The notes under the pieces are model-generated. The model was not told the DNA's origin. It saw nothing but the letters and a program-made list of their open reading frames with translations, and searched no databases. Source: Escherichia coli (GTDB taxonomy: Bacteria; Pseudomonadota; Gammaproteobacteria; Enterobacterales; Enterobacteriaceae). From it: a stretch of DNA of 64,000 nucleotides. Positions 34,389 through 44,295 of the stretch are shown here, one piece after another; within the stretch, counting starts at the first letter, position 1; the number at the start of each line of letters is the position of its first letter. The translations under genes and the position numbers were made by a program. The DNA lies in the NCBI RefSeq assembly GCF_048403405.1, contig NZ_CP183129.1; one strand, written 5' to 3'.

Positions 34389-34595
34389 TCACCCGATAAA
34401 CCAGATAACAAACGCTATAAACATCGCCCCAATAGCTGCCGGGAAAAGCCCTTTGGTATAAGCGGCGATATATTCAATGCTGAGTTCAATAAAGCGTTCT
34501 TCATGTCCCGTTAACTTACGAAACAAATAGATCGCTATTACGCCTATCTCAATAAAAACAAGGGTCAGAATGGCGCTGATGATATGGCTGGTCAT
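34389..34595 (-). CDS. 68-aa two-TM membrane protein
   Basis: ORF track; the second gene of the early operon. Confidence 0.6.
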   Translation of the reverse strand: MTSHIISAILTLVFIEIGVIAIYLFRKLTGHEERFIELSIEYIAAYTKGLFPAAIGAMFIAFVIWFIG

Positions 34596-34601
34596 TTATG
34601 A

Positions 34602-34889
34602 CTAAAGCCCCAGCCACAACAACCATGCATCGCGGCGTTCTTTCGGTTGCTCAAAAAACGCTTTGCGCATGCCTTCGTTAAATGCTGGCAGATATACCCA
34701 GTTTTCTGATGCACGCGTCTTTACTGAACCTGGTTTCACAAAGTCAATTGTCGGTAGCTTTGCTGCGTCAATCATGGTTCTGACTGTGGATTCCTTGCGG
34801 CCGATCATCTTGGCGAATAGTTGATATGGCACCGCTTCAAGTGGATATGGTGCTACCTGAATGAAGCCCCCAAGCTCTGATTCGCTCAT
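34602..34889 (-). CDS. cox: Cox (excisionase / Pc repressor)
   Basis: ..VPYQLFAKMIGRKESTVRTMIDAAKLPTIDF...ENWVYLPAFNEGMRKAF...RRDAWLLWLGL parallels P2 Cox (IPYQEFAKLIGKSTGAVRRMIDKGKLPVIDM...EYWVYLPAWNNGL...IRDGWLMWLGL). Confidence 0.9.
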   Translation of the reverse strand: MSESELGGFIQVAPYPLEAVPYQLFAKMIGRKESTVRTMIDAAKLPTIDFVKPGSVKTRASENWVYLPAFNEGMRKAFFEQPKERRDAWLLWLGL

Positions 34890-34914
34890 TGTGGTAATCT
34901 CCCTAATTCGTTCG

Positions 34915-35009
34915 AATGGCTCAAAATGGCTTATATCGGCTTATTTGAGTGTTTTTATGTTTGTGCCCGATGTGGCATGTTGCGATGGAGGATATGCCCG
35001 ATATGGCAT
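34915..35009. promoter_or_regulatory. lysis-lysogeny switch region with phased direct repeats
   Basis: Three 10-bp phased units AATGGCTCAA / AATGGCTTAT / ATCGGCTTAT lie at 34915-34944. Two copies of TGCCCGAT(G/A)TGGCAT lie at 34964-34978 and 34995-35009. All sit between the divergent cox and C genes. Confidence 0.4.
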
Positions 35010-35323
35010 CTTTGTCAAGCATGGGTGAAAAATTTCGCCTGATTCGTGAAGCAGAAGGTATGACCCGCCAGGAGTTTGCGGATTGTGTTGGGCTGCCTTA
35101 TGGGACGGTAACTAACTATGAGGTGAGGGGGAAGCAAGTAACAGAGGGTGCCTTACTTAAGGTTACGAAACACCCTAAATTTAAGAAATATGCTTATTGG
35201 TTATCAACAGATGAAACGATGCCGGAGGTTGGGCAAATTTCTCCGGCTCTCTCTCTTGATGGTTCCTGCAATTCGGAGGGAGATCGTGTTTCAACCGAAA
35301 CAATCCAAAAATTATCCCGCTGA
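35003..35323 (+). CDS. C: immunity repressor C (HTH)
   Basis: Trimmed to ATG 35003, which follows GGAGGA. MASLSSMGEKFRLIREAEGMTRQEFADCVGLPYGTVTNYE parallels P2 C (..ISEKIVLMRKSEYLSRQQLADLTGVPYGTLSYYE). Confidence 0.85.
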   Translation: MASLSSMGEKFRLIREAEGMTRQEFADCVGLPYGTVTNYEVRGKQVTEGALLKVTKHPKFKKYAYWLSTDETMPEVGQISPALSLDGSCNSEGDRVSTETIQKLSR

Positions 35324-35419
35324 GGCCAGAAAACTGGTTAGACCTGCTTTTTGTCTGGTCTGATTATTGCTGGAAAGAGGCTGGAGAAATTGTAGAGCGG
35401 TTCATTGGAGGGCTTCGCA

Positions 35420-36424
35420 ATGTCGATTAAGAAGCTCGAAGATGGTCGTTATTTGCTGGACATCAGGCCGAACGGACGCAAGGGAAAGCGCGTGCGTAAG
35501 GTATTTGACAAAAAATCGGTAGCGGTGGCCACTGAACGCTACATCATGGCGAACGCTGAAAAGCGGGAATATATACAGGGCTACCGTGATCGTCGAACGC
35601 TAAATGATTTGCTTGAGTTGTGGTGGATGTATCACGGCCAGCACAGGCGTAAGGCAGAAGAAGACCGAAAACAACTGCGCAACATAATCAATGAGCTTGG
35701 CGCTGATATGCAGGCTGTGGATCTTGATAAGCTAAAAATTATCGCGTGGCGTTCTCAAAAGATAGCTGATGGATTGAAACCGTCATCTGCTAACAGATAC
35801 ATGAATCGGTTATCCGGAATGTTTACCGTACTGAAGAAAATAGGCCTCTGGGATGCAGAACATCCGGTAAGGGGAATTTCTATTCTTTATGTATCTCCAC
35901 GAGAAATGGCTTTCCTGTCCCAGAAGGAAGTGGCGTTATTGCTCGATACACTGGAGGGCGATTACTGGCGTGTTGCGCTTTTGTGTTTAAGCACGGGGGC
36001 GCGCTGGAGTGAAGCCTGTAAGCTTCGTGGTGAACAGATAGTTCATAACCGTGTAACGTTTCTTGAAACCAAAAATGGCCGAAAGAGAACAGTGCCAATT
36101 TCGCAGGCAGTTTGTGAGGCGATCAAAACCAGAGAAACAGGCGGCTTGTTTGAGGTGAAGTACCGGGAATTCTGCTTGGCGCTGAAAAGAGTTAAGCCCG
36201 ATTTGCCAAAAGGCCAGGCTGCACATGTGCTGCGGCATACGTTCGCCAGCCATTTTGTGATGAACGGAGGAAACATTATTGCGCTTCAGAAGATTCTTGG
36301 CCACGCAACCATTCAGCAAACAATGGCATATGCACATTTTGCACCGGATTACCTGCAGGATGCGGTGGCCCTTAATCCGCTGAAAGGTGGCGTGAGTGTC
36401 CACGCAGTGTCCACGGGGGATTAA
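35420..36424 (+). CDS. int: tyrosine integrase
   Basis: MSIKKLEDGRYLLDIRPNGRKGKRVRKVFDKKS... and ...HVLRHTFASHFVMNGGNIIALQKILGHATIQQTMAYAHFAPDYLQDA are colinear with P2 Int. Confidence 0.95.
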   Translation: MSIKKLEDGRYLLDIRPNGRKGKRVRKVFDKKSVAVATERYIMANAEKREYIQGYRDRRTLNDLLELWWMYHGQHRRKAEEDRKQLRNIINELGADMQAVDLDKLKIIAWRSQKIADGLKPSSANRYMNRLSGMFTVLKKIGLWDAEHPVRGISILYVSPREMAFLSQKEVALLLDTLEGDYWRVALLCLSTGARWSEACKLRGEQIVHNRVTFLETKNGRKRTVPISQAVCEAIKTRETGGLFEVKYREFCLALKRVKPDLPKGQAAHVLRHTFASHFVMNGGNIIALQKILGHATIQQTMAYAHFAPDYLQDAVALNPLKGGVSVHAVSTGD

Positions 36425-36582
36425 TTTTATATAGCCTGAAACGGCTTAAAGGGCGATACTGAATAACAATTTTTCAGTATTGCCCGTCTAAATGGTTATG
36501 TTGTTATCTGTATGATTATGAATGTTTTTTCAGATTAAACAGCAGTTTGCAAATGGGCGTTTGTTAATAAAGGAGCCTTAGA

Positions 36583-37740
36583 TTGTCAGAGACTGAAAAA
36601 TGGTTAAAAATCCTTGTTGATGAAAATATGCCTTATGCCCGCGACTTATTTAGCCGTTTGGGTGAGGTGACCGCGGTTCCCGGGCGTCCAATTCCCGTGG
36701 CTCAACTGGCAGACGCGGATGCGATGATGGTGCGTTCGGTCACGAAAGTGAATGAATCTTTGCTGGCAGGAAAACCCATTAAATTTGTTGGCACTGCCAC
36801 CGCGGGGACCGACCATGTCGATGAAGCGTGGTTAAAGCAGGCGGGAATTGGTTTTTCCGCGGCACCTGGCTGTAATGCGATTGCGGTGGTGGAATATGTT
36901 TTCTCCTCACTGCTGATGCTTGCCGAACGCGATGGATTTTCACTGCACGAGCGTACCGTGGGGATCGTGGGCGTTGGTAACGTTGGTCGCCGTTTACAGG
37001 CGCGACTGGAAGCGTTAGGGATTACAACCTTGCTTTGCGATCCGCCCCGCGCCGACCGTGGGGATGAGGGGGATTTCCGCTCGCTGGATGAATTAGTTCA
37101 GCATGCGGATATTCTGACTTTCCATACGCCACTCTTTAAAGATGGTCCGTACAAAACGCTGCATCTGGCGGATGAAAAACTGATCCGCAGCCTGAAGCCG
37201 GGAGCGATTCTGATTAACGCCTGCCGTGGCGCAGTTGTCGATAATACCGCCCTGCTGACCTGCCTGAACGAAGGCCAGAAGTTAAGCGTAGTGCTGGATG
37301 TCTGGGAAGGCGAACCGGAACTTAACGTGGAATTGCTGAAAAAAGTGGATATCGGCACGCCGCATATCGCAGGCTATACCCTGGAAGGTAAAGCACGCGG
37401 TACTACGCAAGTGTTTGAAGCTTATAGCAAGTTTATTGGGCATGAACAGCACGTTGCGCTGGATACATTACTGCCCGCGCCAGAGTTTGGTCGCATTACG
37501 CTGCATGGCCCGCTCGATCAGCCAACGCTGAAAAGGCTGGTGCATTTGGTGTATGATGTGCGCCGCGATGACGCACCGCTGCGTAAAGTCGCCGGGATAC
37601 CGGGTGAGTTCGATAAACTGCGCAAAAACTATCTTGAGCGCCGTGAATGGTCATCTCTGTATGTGATTTGTGATGACGCCAGCGCGGCATCATTGCTGTG
37701 TAAACTGGGTTTTAACGCCGTTCATCATCCGGCACGTTAA
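36583..37740 (+). CDS. pdxB: erythronate-4-phosphate dehydrogenase
   Basis: The protein matches K-12 PdxB from [15 protein letters not shown] onward. The start here is probably TTG 36583, 8 nt after AGGAG. The codon at the position I remember as Met1 of K-12 PdxB reads TTA. Confidence 0.93.
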   Translation: MSETEKWLKILVDENMPYARDLFSRLGEVTAVPGRPIPVAQLADADAMMVRSVTKVNESLLAGKPIKFVGTATAGTDHVDEAWLKQAGIGFSAAPGCNAIAVVEYVFSSLLMLAERDGFSLHERTVGIVGVGNVGRRLQARLEALGITTLLCDPPRADRGDEGDFRSLDELVQHADILTFHTPLFKDGPYKTLHLADEKLIRSLKPGAILINACRGAVVDNTALLTCLNEGQKLSVVLDVWEGEPELNVELLKKVDIGTPHIAGYTLEGKARGTTQVFEAYSKFIGHEQHVALDTLLPAPEFGRITLHGPLDQPTLKRLVHLVYDVRRDDAPLRKVAGIPGEFDKLRKNYLERREWSSLYVICDDASAASLLCKLGFNAVHHPAR

Positions 37741-37805
37741 TCTCTTCTTCATGCTCTCTGCTGTAATATTGGCAGGGAGCTTTGCTATTTCTGGAGTAAA
37801 CCACC

Positions 37806-38819
37806 ATGTCTGAAGGCTGGAACATTGCCGTCCTGGGCGCAACTGGCGCTGTGGGCGAAGCCCTGCTTGAAACGCTGGCTGAACGTCAGTTCCCGGTTGG
37901 GGAAATTTATGCACTGGCACGTAACGAAAGCGCAGGCGAACAACTGCGCTTTGGTGGTAAGACAATCACCGTGCAGGATGCTGCTGAATTCGACTGGACG
38001 CAGGCGCAGCTGGCGTTTTTTGTCGCAGGCAAAGAAGCTACCGCTGCCTGGGTTGAAGAAGCGACCAACTCAGGTTGTCTGGTGATCGACAGCAGCGGAT
38101 TGTTTGCTCTCGAACCTGACGTACCGCTGGTGGTGCCGGAAGTAAACCCGTTTGTACTGACCGATTACCGCAACCGGAATGTCATCGCCGTACCGGACAG
38201 TCTGACCAGCCAACTGCTGGCGGCACTGAAACCGTTAATCGATCAGGGCGGTTTGTCGCGTATCAGCGTTACCAGCCTGATTTCAGCCTCCGCCCAGGGC
38301 AAAAAAGCGGTCGATGCGTTAGCGGGGCAGAGTGCGAAATTACTCAATGGCATTCCGATTGACGAAGAAGATTTCTTCGGGCGTCAGCTGGCGTTCAACA
38401 TGCTGCCGTTACTGCCGGATAGCGAAGGTAGCGTGCGTGAAGAACGTCGTATCGTTGACGAAGTACGCAAAATCCTGCAGGACGAAGGGCTGATGATTTC
38501 GGCAAGCGTCGTCCAGGCACCGGTATTCTACGGTCATGCCCAGATGGTCAACTTTGAAGCACTGCGTCCGCTGGCAGCAGAAGAAGCGCGTGATGCGTTT
38601 GCTCAGGGCGAAGATATTGTGCTCTCTGAAGAGAACGAATTCCCGACTCAGGTGGGGGATGCTTCTGGTACGCCGCATCTTTCCGTTGGCTGCGTACGTA
38701 ATGACTACGGTATGCCGGAGCAAGTTCAGTTCTGGTCGGTGGCCGATAACGTTCGCTTTGGCGGCGCGCTGATGGCAGTAAAAATCGCCGAGAAACTGGT
38801 GCAGGAGTATCTGTACTAA
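37806..38819 (+). CDS. usg: USG-1 protein (aspartate-semialdehyde dehydrogenase paralogue)
   Basis: [39 protein letters not shown]...; K-12 synteny. Confidence 0.95.
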   Translation: MSEGWNIAVLGATGAVGEALLETLAERQFPVGEIYALARNESAGEQLRFGGKTITVQDAAEFDWTQAQLAFFVAGKEATAAWVEEATNSGCLVIDSSGLFALEPDVPLVVPEVNPFVLTDYRNRNVIAVPDSLTSQLLAALKPLIDQGGLSRISVTSLISASAQGKKAVDALAGQSAKLLNGIPIDEEDFFGRQLAFNMLPLLPDSEGSVREERRIVDEVRKILQDEGLMISASVVQAPVFYGHAQMVNFEALRPLAAEEARDAFAQGEDIVLSEENEFPTQVGDASGTPHLSVGCVRNDYGMPEQVQFWSVADNVRFGGALMAVKIAEKLVQEYLY

Positions 38820-39631
38820 TGTCCGACCAGCAACAACCGCCAGTTTATAAAATTGCGCTGGGCATTGAGTACGACGGCAGTAAGTATTACGGCTGGCAAC
38901 GGCAGAACGAAGTCCGCAGTGTGCAGGAGAAGCTGGAAAAGGCGCTCTCCCAGGTGGCGAACGAACCGATCACCGTCTTCTGCGCCGGGCGTACTGACGC
39001 AGGTGTACACGGCACCGGGCAGGTTGTGCATTTCGAAACGACCGCGCAGCGCAAAGACGCTGCGTGGACGTTGGGCGTAAATGCGAATTTACCTGGTGAC
39101 ATCGCCGTGCGTTGGGTTAAAGCTGTACCTGATGATTTTCATGCCCGATTTAGCGCCACGGCTCGCCGTTATCGCTACATCATCTACAATCATCGGCTGC
39201 GCCCGGCGGTATTGAGTAAAGGGGTAACCCATTTTTACGAACCGCTGGACGCTGAACGGATGCATCGGGCCGCGCAATGCTTGCTGGGCGAGAATGATTT
39301 CACCTCGTTCCGTGCGGTGCAGTGCCAGTCCCGAACCCCGTGGCGCAACGTTATGCATATTAATGTCACGCGTCACGGTCCTTATGTGGTGGTAGATATC
39401 AAAGCGAATGCCTTTGTACATCATATGGTCAGGAATATTGTCGGCAGCCTGATGGAAGTCGGTGCCCACAACCAGCCGGAGAGCTGGATAGCAGAGTTGC
39501 TGGCGGCAAAGGACAGAACGCTGGCGGCAGCAACGGCAAAAGCGGAAGGGCTGTATCTGGTCGCGGTGGATTACCCTGACCGGTATGATCTTCCAAAACC
39601 GCCAATGGGCCCGCTATTTCTGGCGGACTAA
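38819..39631 (+). CDS. truA: tRNA pseudouridine(38-40) synthase
   Basis: [29 protein letters not shown]...; synteny. Confidence 0.97.
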   Translation: MSDQQQPPVYKIALGIEYDGSKYYGWQRQNEVRSVQEKLEKALSQVANEPITVFCAGRTDAGVHGTGQVVHFETTAQRKDAAWTLGVNANLPGDIAVRWVKAVPDDFHARFSATARRYRYIIYNHRLRPAVLSKGVTHFYEPLDAERMHRAAQCLLGENDFTSFRAVQCQSRTPWRNVMHINVTRHGPYVVVDIKANAFVHHMVRNIVGSLMEVGAHNQPESWIAELLAAKDRTLAAATAKAEGLYLVAVDYPDRYDLPKPPMGPLFLAD

Positions 39632-39713
39632 CAAGAATAATGCTCGGAACATTTCAGGCTGTAGCCAACGTAGTTACAGCCTGAAAGATGACGAGTACAA
39701 GGCATAGGCTAAT

Positions 39714-40373
39714 ATGGACCTGATTTATTTCCTCATCGATTTTATCCTGCACATTGACGTGCATCTGGCAGAACTGGTCGCGGAGTATGGCGTCTGGGTT
39801 TATGCCATTTTGTTCTTAATTTTGTTCTGTGAAACCGGTCTGGTGGTAACGCCGTTTTTACCGGGTGATTCATTGCTGTTTGTTGCCGGTGCGTTGGCAT
39901 CACTGGAAACCAACGATCTCAACGTCCATATGATGGTGGTGCTGATGCTGATCGCCGCGATTGTGGGTGACGCGGTGAACTACACCATTGGACGGTTATT
40001 TGGTGACAAACTGTTCAGTAATCCGGATTCGAAAATCTTTCGTCGCAGTTATCTTGATAAGACTCATCAGTTTTACGAGAAACATGGCGGCAAAACGATT
40101 ATTCTCGCCCGTTTTGTGCCGATCGTCAGAACGTTCGCGCCGTTCGTTGCGGGAATGGGCCACATGTCGTATCGTCATTTCGCCGCTTTTAACGTCATCG
40201 GCGCGTTGCTATGGGTACTGATTTTTACCTACGCGGGTTATTTCTTCGGAACGCTCCCCTTCATTCAGAGCAACCTTAAACTGATGATTGTTGGCATTAT
40301 TTTTGTTTCAATATTGCCAGGTGTTTTCGAATTTATTCGCCACAAACGCGCTGCGGCACGCGCCGCAAAATAA
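39714..40373 (+). CDS. dedA: DedA-family inner membrane protein
   Basis: ORF track 219 aa; synteny. Confidence 0.95.
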   Translation: MDLIYFLIDFILHIDVHLAELVAEYGVWVYAILFLILFCETGLVVTPFLPGDSLLFVAGALASLETNDLNVHMMVVLMLIAAIVGDAVNYTIGRLFGDKLFSNPDSKIFRRSYLDKTHQFYEKHGGKTIILARFVPIVRTFAPFVAGMGHMSYRHFAAFNVIGALLWVLIFTYAGYFFGTLPFIQSNLKLMIVGIIFVSILPGVFEFIRHKRAAARAAK

Positions 40374-40528
40374 AAAGTAACTCCGCGGTTCGACCACTTT
40401 TTTATCCAAAGTTTCGGGCTGTTATGTTTTAATGTGCAACATTCATGGTCTGTTGGGGGCAAAAATGGCATTATGCGTCCCCAAAGATAAAACTGGCATC
40501 GAACCAGGTTCAGACAGAAAGGTCCCTA

Positions 40529-41443
40529 ATGAGCTGGATTGAACGAATTAAAAGCAACATTACTCCCACCCGCAAGGCGAGCATTCCTGAAGGGGTGTGG
40601 ACTAAGTGTGATAGCTGCGGTCAGGTTTTATACCGCGCTGAGCTGGAACGTAATCTTGAGGTCTGTCCGAAGTGTGACCATCACATGCGTATGACAGCGC
40701 GTAATCGCCTGCATAGCCTGTTAGATGAAGGAAGCCTTGTGGAGCTGGGTAGCGAGCTTGAGCCGAAAGATGTGCTGAAGTTTCGTGACTCCAAGAAGTA
40801 TAAAGACCGTCTGGCATCTGCGCAGAAAGAAACCGGCGAAAAAGATGCGCTGGTGGTGATGAAAGGCACCCTGTATGGAATGCCGGTTGTCGCTGCGGCA
40901 TTCGAGTTTGCCTTTATGGGCGGTTCCATGGGGTCTGTGGTAGGTGCACGTTTCGTGCGTGCCGTTGAGCAGGCGCTGGAAGATAACTGCCCACTGATCT
41001 GCTTCTCCGCCTCTGGTGGCGCACGTATGCAGGAAGCACTGATGTCGCTGATGCAGATGGCGAAAACCTCTGCGGCGCTGGCAAAAATGCAGGAGCGCGG
41101 CTTGCCGTACATCTCCGTGCTGACCGACCCGACCATGGGTGGTGTTTCTGCAAGTTTCGCCATGCTGGGCGATCTCAACATCGCTGAACCGAAAGCGTTA
41201 ATCGGCTTTGCCGGTCCGCGTGTTATCGAACAGACCGTTCGCGAAAAACTGCCGCCAGGATTCCAGCGCAGTGAATTCCTGATCGAGAAAGGCGCGATCG
41301 ACATGATCGTCCGTCGTCCGGAAATGCGCCTGAAACTGGCGAGCATTCTGGCGAAGTTGATGAATCTGCCAGCGCCGAATCCTGAAGCGCCGCGTGAAGG
41401 CGTAGTGGTGCCACCGGTACCAGATCAGGAACCTGAGGCCTGA
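40529..41443 (+). CDS. accD: acetyl-CoA carboxylase carboxyltransferase beta subunit
   Basis: Trimmed to ATG 40529 ([35 protein letters not shown]..., 304 aa). Confidence 0.97.
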
Positions 41444-41453
41444 TAACTGATAA

Positions 41454-41480
41454 GGGCAGGGCCACTGGCTCTGCCCTTTT
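41454..41480 (+). terminator. accD terminator
   Basis: GGGCAGGGCC-ACT-GGCTCTGCCC followed by TTTT. Confidence 0.75.
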
Positions 41481-41512
41481 GCTATTCTCACCGTAACGAA
41501 TCAGCGGATACC

Positions 41513-42781
41513 ATGATTATCAAACGCACTCCTCAAGCCGCGTCGCCTCTGGCTTCGTGGCTTTCTTATCTGGAAAACCTGCACAGTAAAACTATCGATC
41601 TCGGCCTTGAGCGCGTGAGCCAGGTCGCGGCGCGTCTTGGCGTCCTGAAACCTGCGCCATTTGTGTTTACCGTTGCGGGTACGAATGGCAAAGGCACCAC
41701 TTGCCGTACGCTGGAGTCGATTCTGATGGCGGCAGGGTACAAAGTGGGCGTCTACAGTTCGCCGCATCTGGTGCGTTATACCGAGCGCGTACGTGTGCAG
41801 GGCCAGGAATTGCCGGAATCGGCCCACACCGCCTCTTTTGCGGAGATTGAATCGGCACGCGGTGATATTTCCCTGACCTATTTCGAGTACGGTACGCTGT
41901 CGGCGTTGTGGCTGTTCAAGCAGGCACAACTTGACGTGGTGATTCTGGAAGTAGGGCTGGGCGGTCGTCTGGACGCAACCAATATTGTCGATGCCGATGT
42001 CGCGGTAGTAACCAGTATTGCGCTGGATCATACCGACTGGCTGGGGCCAGATCGCGAAAGTATTGGTCGCGAGAAAGCAGGTATCTTTCGCAGCGAAAAA
42101 CCGGCAATTGTCGGTGAGCCGGAAATGCCTTCTACCATTGCTGATGTGGCGCAGGAAAAAAGTGCACTGTTACAACGTCGGGGCGTTGAGTGGAACTATT
42201 CCGTCACCGATCATGACTGGGCGTTTAGCGATGCTCACGGCACGCTGGAAAATCTGCCGTTGCCGCTTGTCCCGCAACCGAATGCCGCAACGGCGCTGGC
42301 GGCACTGCGTGCCAGCGGGCTGGAGGTCAGTGAAAATGCCATTCGCGACGGGATTGCCAGCGCAATTTTGCCGGGACGTTTCCAGATTGTGAGCGAGTCG
42401 CCACGTGTTATTTTTGATGTCGCGCATAATCCACATGCGGCGGAATATCTCACCGGGCGTATGAAAGCGCTACCGAAAAACGGGCGCGTGCTGGCGGTTA
42501 TCGGTATGCTACATGATAAAGATATTGCCGGAACTCTGGCCTGGTTGAAAAGCGTGGTTGATGACTGGTATTGTGCGCCACTGGAAGGGCCGCGCGGTGC
42601 CACGGCAGAACAACTGCTTGAGCATTTGGGTAACGGCAAATCATTTGATAGCGTGGCGCAGGCATGGGATGCCGCAATGGCGGACGCTAAAGCGGAAGAT
42701 ACCGTGCTGGTGTGTGGTTCGTTCCACACGGTCGCACATGTCATGGAAGTGATTGACGCGAGGAGAAGCGGTGGCAAGTAA
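41513..42781 (+). CDS. folC: dihydrofolate synthase / folylpolyglutamate synthase
   Basis: ORF track 422 aa, MIIKRTPQAASPLASWLSYLENLH... Confidence 0.97.
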   Translation: MIIKRTPQAASPLASWLSYLENLHSKTIDLGLERVSQVAARLGVLKPAPFVFTVAGTNGKGTTCRTLESILMAAGYKVGVYSSPHLVRYTERVRVQGQELPESAHTASFAEIESARGDISLTYFEYGTLSALWLFKQAQLDVVILEVGLGGRLDATNIVDADVAVVTSIALDHTDWLGPDRESIGREKAGIFRSEKPAIVGEPEMPSTIADVAQEKSALLQRRGVEWNYSVTDHDWAFSDAHGTLENLPLPLVPQPNAATALAALRASGLEVSENAIRDGIASAILPGRFQIVSESPRVIFDVAHNPHAAEYLTGRMKALPKNGRVLAVIGMLHDKDIAGTLAWLKSVVDDWYCAPLEGPRGATAEQLLEHLGNGKSFDSVAQAWDAAMADAKAEDTVLVCGSFHTVAHVMEVIDARRSGGK

Positions 42782-43421
42782 GTTTCAGAATCGGTTAGTG
42801 GGCACGATCGTGCTGGTGGCGCTGGGGGTGATTGTACTTCCAGGGCTGCTGGACGGGCAGAAAAAACATTATCAGGATGAGTTCGCGGCTATCCCGCTGG
42901 TGCCGAAAGCGGGCGATCGCGATGAGCCTGATATGATGCCAGCCGCCACCCAGGCGTTGCCGACGCAGCCGCCGGAAGGCGCAGCGGAAGAGGTGCGGGC
43001 AGGTGATGCCGCAGCACCGTCGCTCGATCCGGCCACTATTGCAGCCAATAACACCGAGTTTGAACCGGAACCTGCACCGGTCGTCCCACCGAAGCCGAAA
43101 CCGGTGGAGCCGCCTAAGCCGAAGGTTGAAGCACCACCTGCGCCGAAGCCGGTCGTGGAAGAAAAAGCAGCGCCAACGGGTAAAGCCTATGTTGTACAAC
43201 TGGGCGCACTGAAAAATGCCGATAAAGTGAATGAGATTGTCGGTAAGCTGCGCGGTGCCGGTTATCGGGTTTATACGTCGCCATCCACGCCAGTGCAGGG
43301 TAAAATTACCCGTATTCTGGTTGGGCCAGATGCCTCGAAAGATAAGCTGAAAGGTTCGCTGGGTGAGTTGAAGCAACTTTCTGGCTTAAGTGGCGTGGTA
43401 ATGGGCTATACGCCGAATTAA
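42771..43421 (+). CDS. dedD: cell division protein DedD (SPOR domain)
   Basis: GTG 42771 follows AGGAGA. (M)ASKFQNRLVGTIVLVALGVIVLPGLLDGQKK... Confidence 0.93.
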   Translation: MASKFQNRLVGTIVLVALGVIVLPGLLDGQKKHYQDEFAAIPLVPKAGDRDEPDMMPAATQALPTQPPEGAAEEVRAGDAAAPSLDPATIAANNTEFEPEPAPVVPPKPKPVEPPKPKVEAPPAPKPVVEEKAAPTGKAYVVQLGALKNADKVNEIVGKLRGAGYRVYTSPSTPVQGKITRILVGPDASKDKLKGSLGELKQLSGLSGVVMGYTPN

Positions 43422-43428
43422 TACGGTC

Positions 43429-43612
43429 TTGCCTGATGCGACGCTGGCGCGTCTTATCAGTCCTACGCAGGAGTAGAACCGTAGGTCGAATAAGGCGTTC
43501 ACGCCGCATCCGACAGCCGTTGCCTGATGCGACGCTGGCGCGTCTTATCAGGCCTGCGCAGGGGTAGAACCGTAGGTCGAATAAGGCGTTCACGCCGCAT
43601 CCGACACGCATT
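43429..43612. repeat. BIME: two tandem ~91-bp units, each with an inverted pair of REP elements
   Basis: TTGCCTGATGCGACGCTGGCGCGTCTTATCAG..GTAGGTCGAATAAGGCGTTCACGCCGCATCCGACA occurs twice (starting at 43429 and 43520). This is the canonical E. coli REP sequence. Confidence 0.9.
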
Positions 43613-43770
43613 GCCCGATGCCGCAAAGGCATAAAAAGTCGATGGCGTTGAATATTTTTTCAGCGCCATTTTTATTGATGCGTGGGAAGGAAATCCCTAC
43701 GCAAACGTTTTCTTTTTCTGTTAGAATGCGCCCCGAACAGGATGACAGGGCGTAAAATCGTGGAACACAT

Positions 43771-44259
43771 ATGGTCTGGATTGATTACGCCATAATCGCG
43801 GTGATTGCTTTTTCCTCTCTGGTTAGCCTGATCCGCGGCTTTGTTCGTGAAGCGTTATCGCTGGTGACATGGGGTTGTGCTTTCTTTGTTGCCAGTCATT
43901 ACTACACTTACCTGTCAGTCTGGTTTACGGGCTTTGAAGACGAACTGGTTCGAAATGGGATTGCCATCGCGGTACTGTTTATCGCTACCCTGATTGTTGG
44001 TGCTATCGTGAACTTCGTGATAGGCCAGTTGGTGGAGAAAACGGGGTTGTCAGGCACCGATCGGGTGCTGGGCGTCTGTTTCGGTGCGTTGCGCGGTGTG
44101 TTGATTGTTGCCGCCATTCTCTTCTTTCTCGACTCCTTTACCGGGGTGTCGAAAAGCGAAGACTGGAGCAAATCACAGCTGATCCCGCAGTTCAGTTTTA
44201 TCATCAGATGGTTTTTTGATTATCTGCAAAGCTCGTCAAGTTTCTTGCCCAGAGCGTAA
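43771..44259 (+). CDS. cvpA: colicin V production membrane protein
   Basis: ORF track 162 aa; synteny. Confidence 0.95.
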   Translation: MVWIDYAIIAVIAFSSLVSLIRGFVREALSLVTWGCAFFVASHYYTYLSVWFTGFEDELVRNGIAIAVLFIATLIVGAIVNFVIGQLVEKTGLSGTDRVLGVCFGALRGVLIVAAILFFLDSFTGVSKSEDWSKSQLIPQFSFIIRWFFDYLQSSSSFLPRA

Positions 44260-44295
44260 GTGCTCTGAGATGTGGCTTAACGAGGAAAAAGACGT

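Larger units (their letters stand above)
1250..36530. mobile_element. P2-family (Peduovirus-like) prophage; boundaries uncertain (the left end may lie beyond the window)
   Basis: A full P2 gene set lies between int (next to pdxB) and ogr/hok. No exact att direct repeat could be identified by eye. Confidence 0.85.

Noticed and set aside
43429-43612. Tandem ~91-bp repeats, checked as a possible CRISPR-like or novel repeat array
   Set aside because: The sequence is canonical E. coli REP/BIME (GCCTGATGCGACGCT...GCCGCATCCGGCA-type) in the dedD-cvpA intergenic region. There are only two units and no unique spacers.
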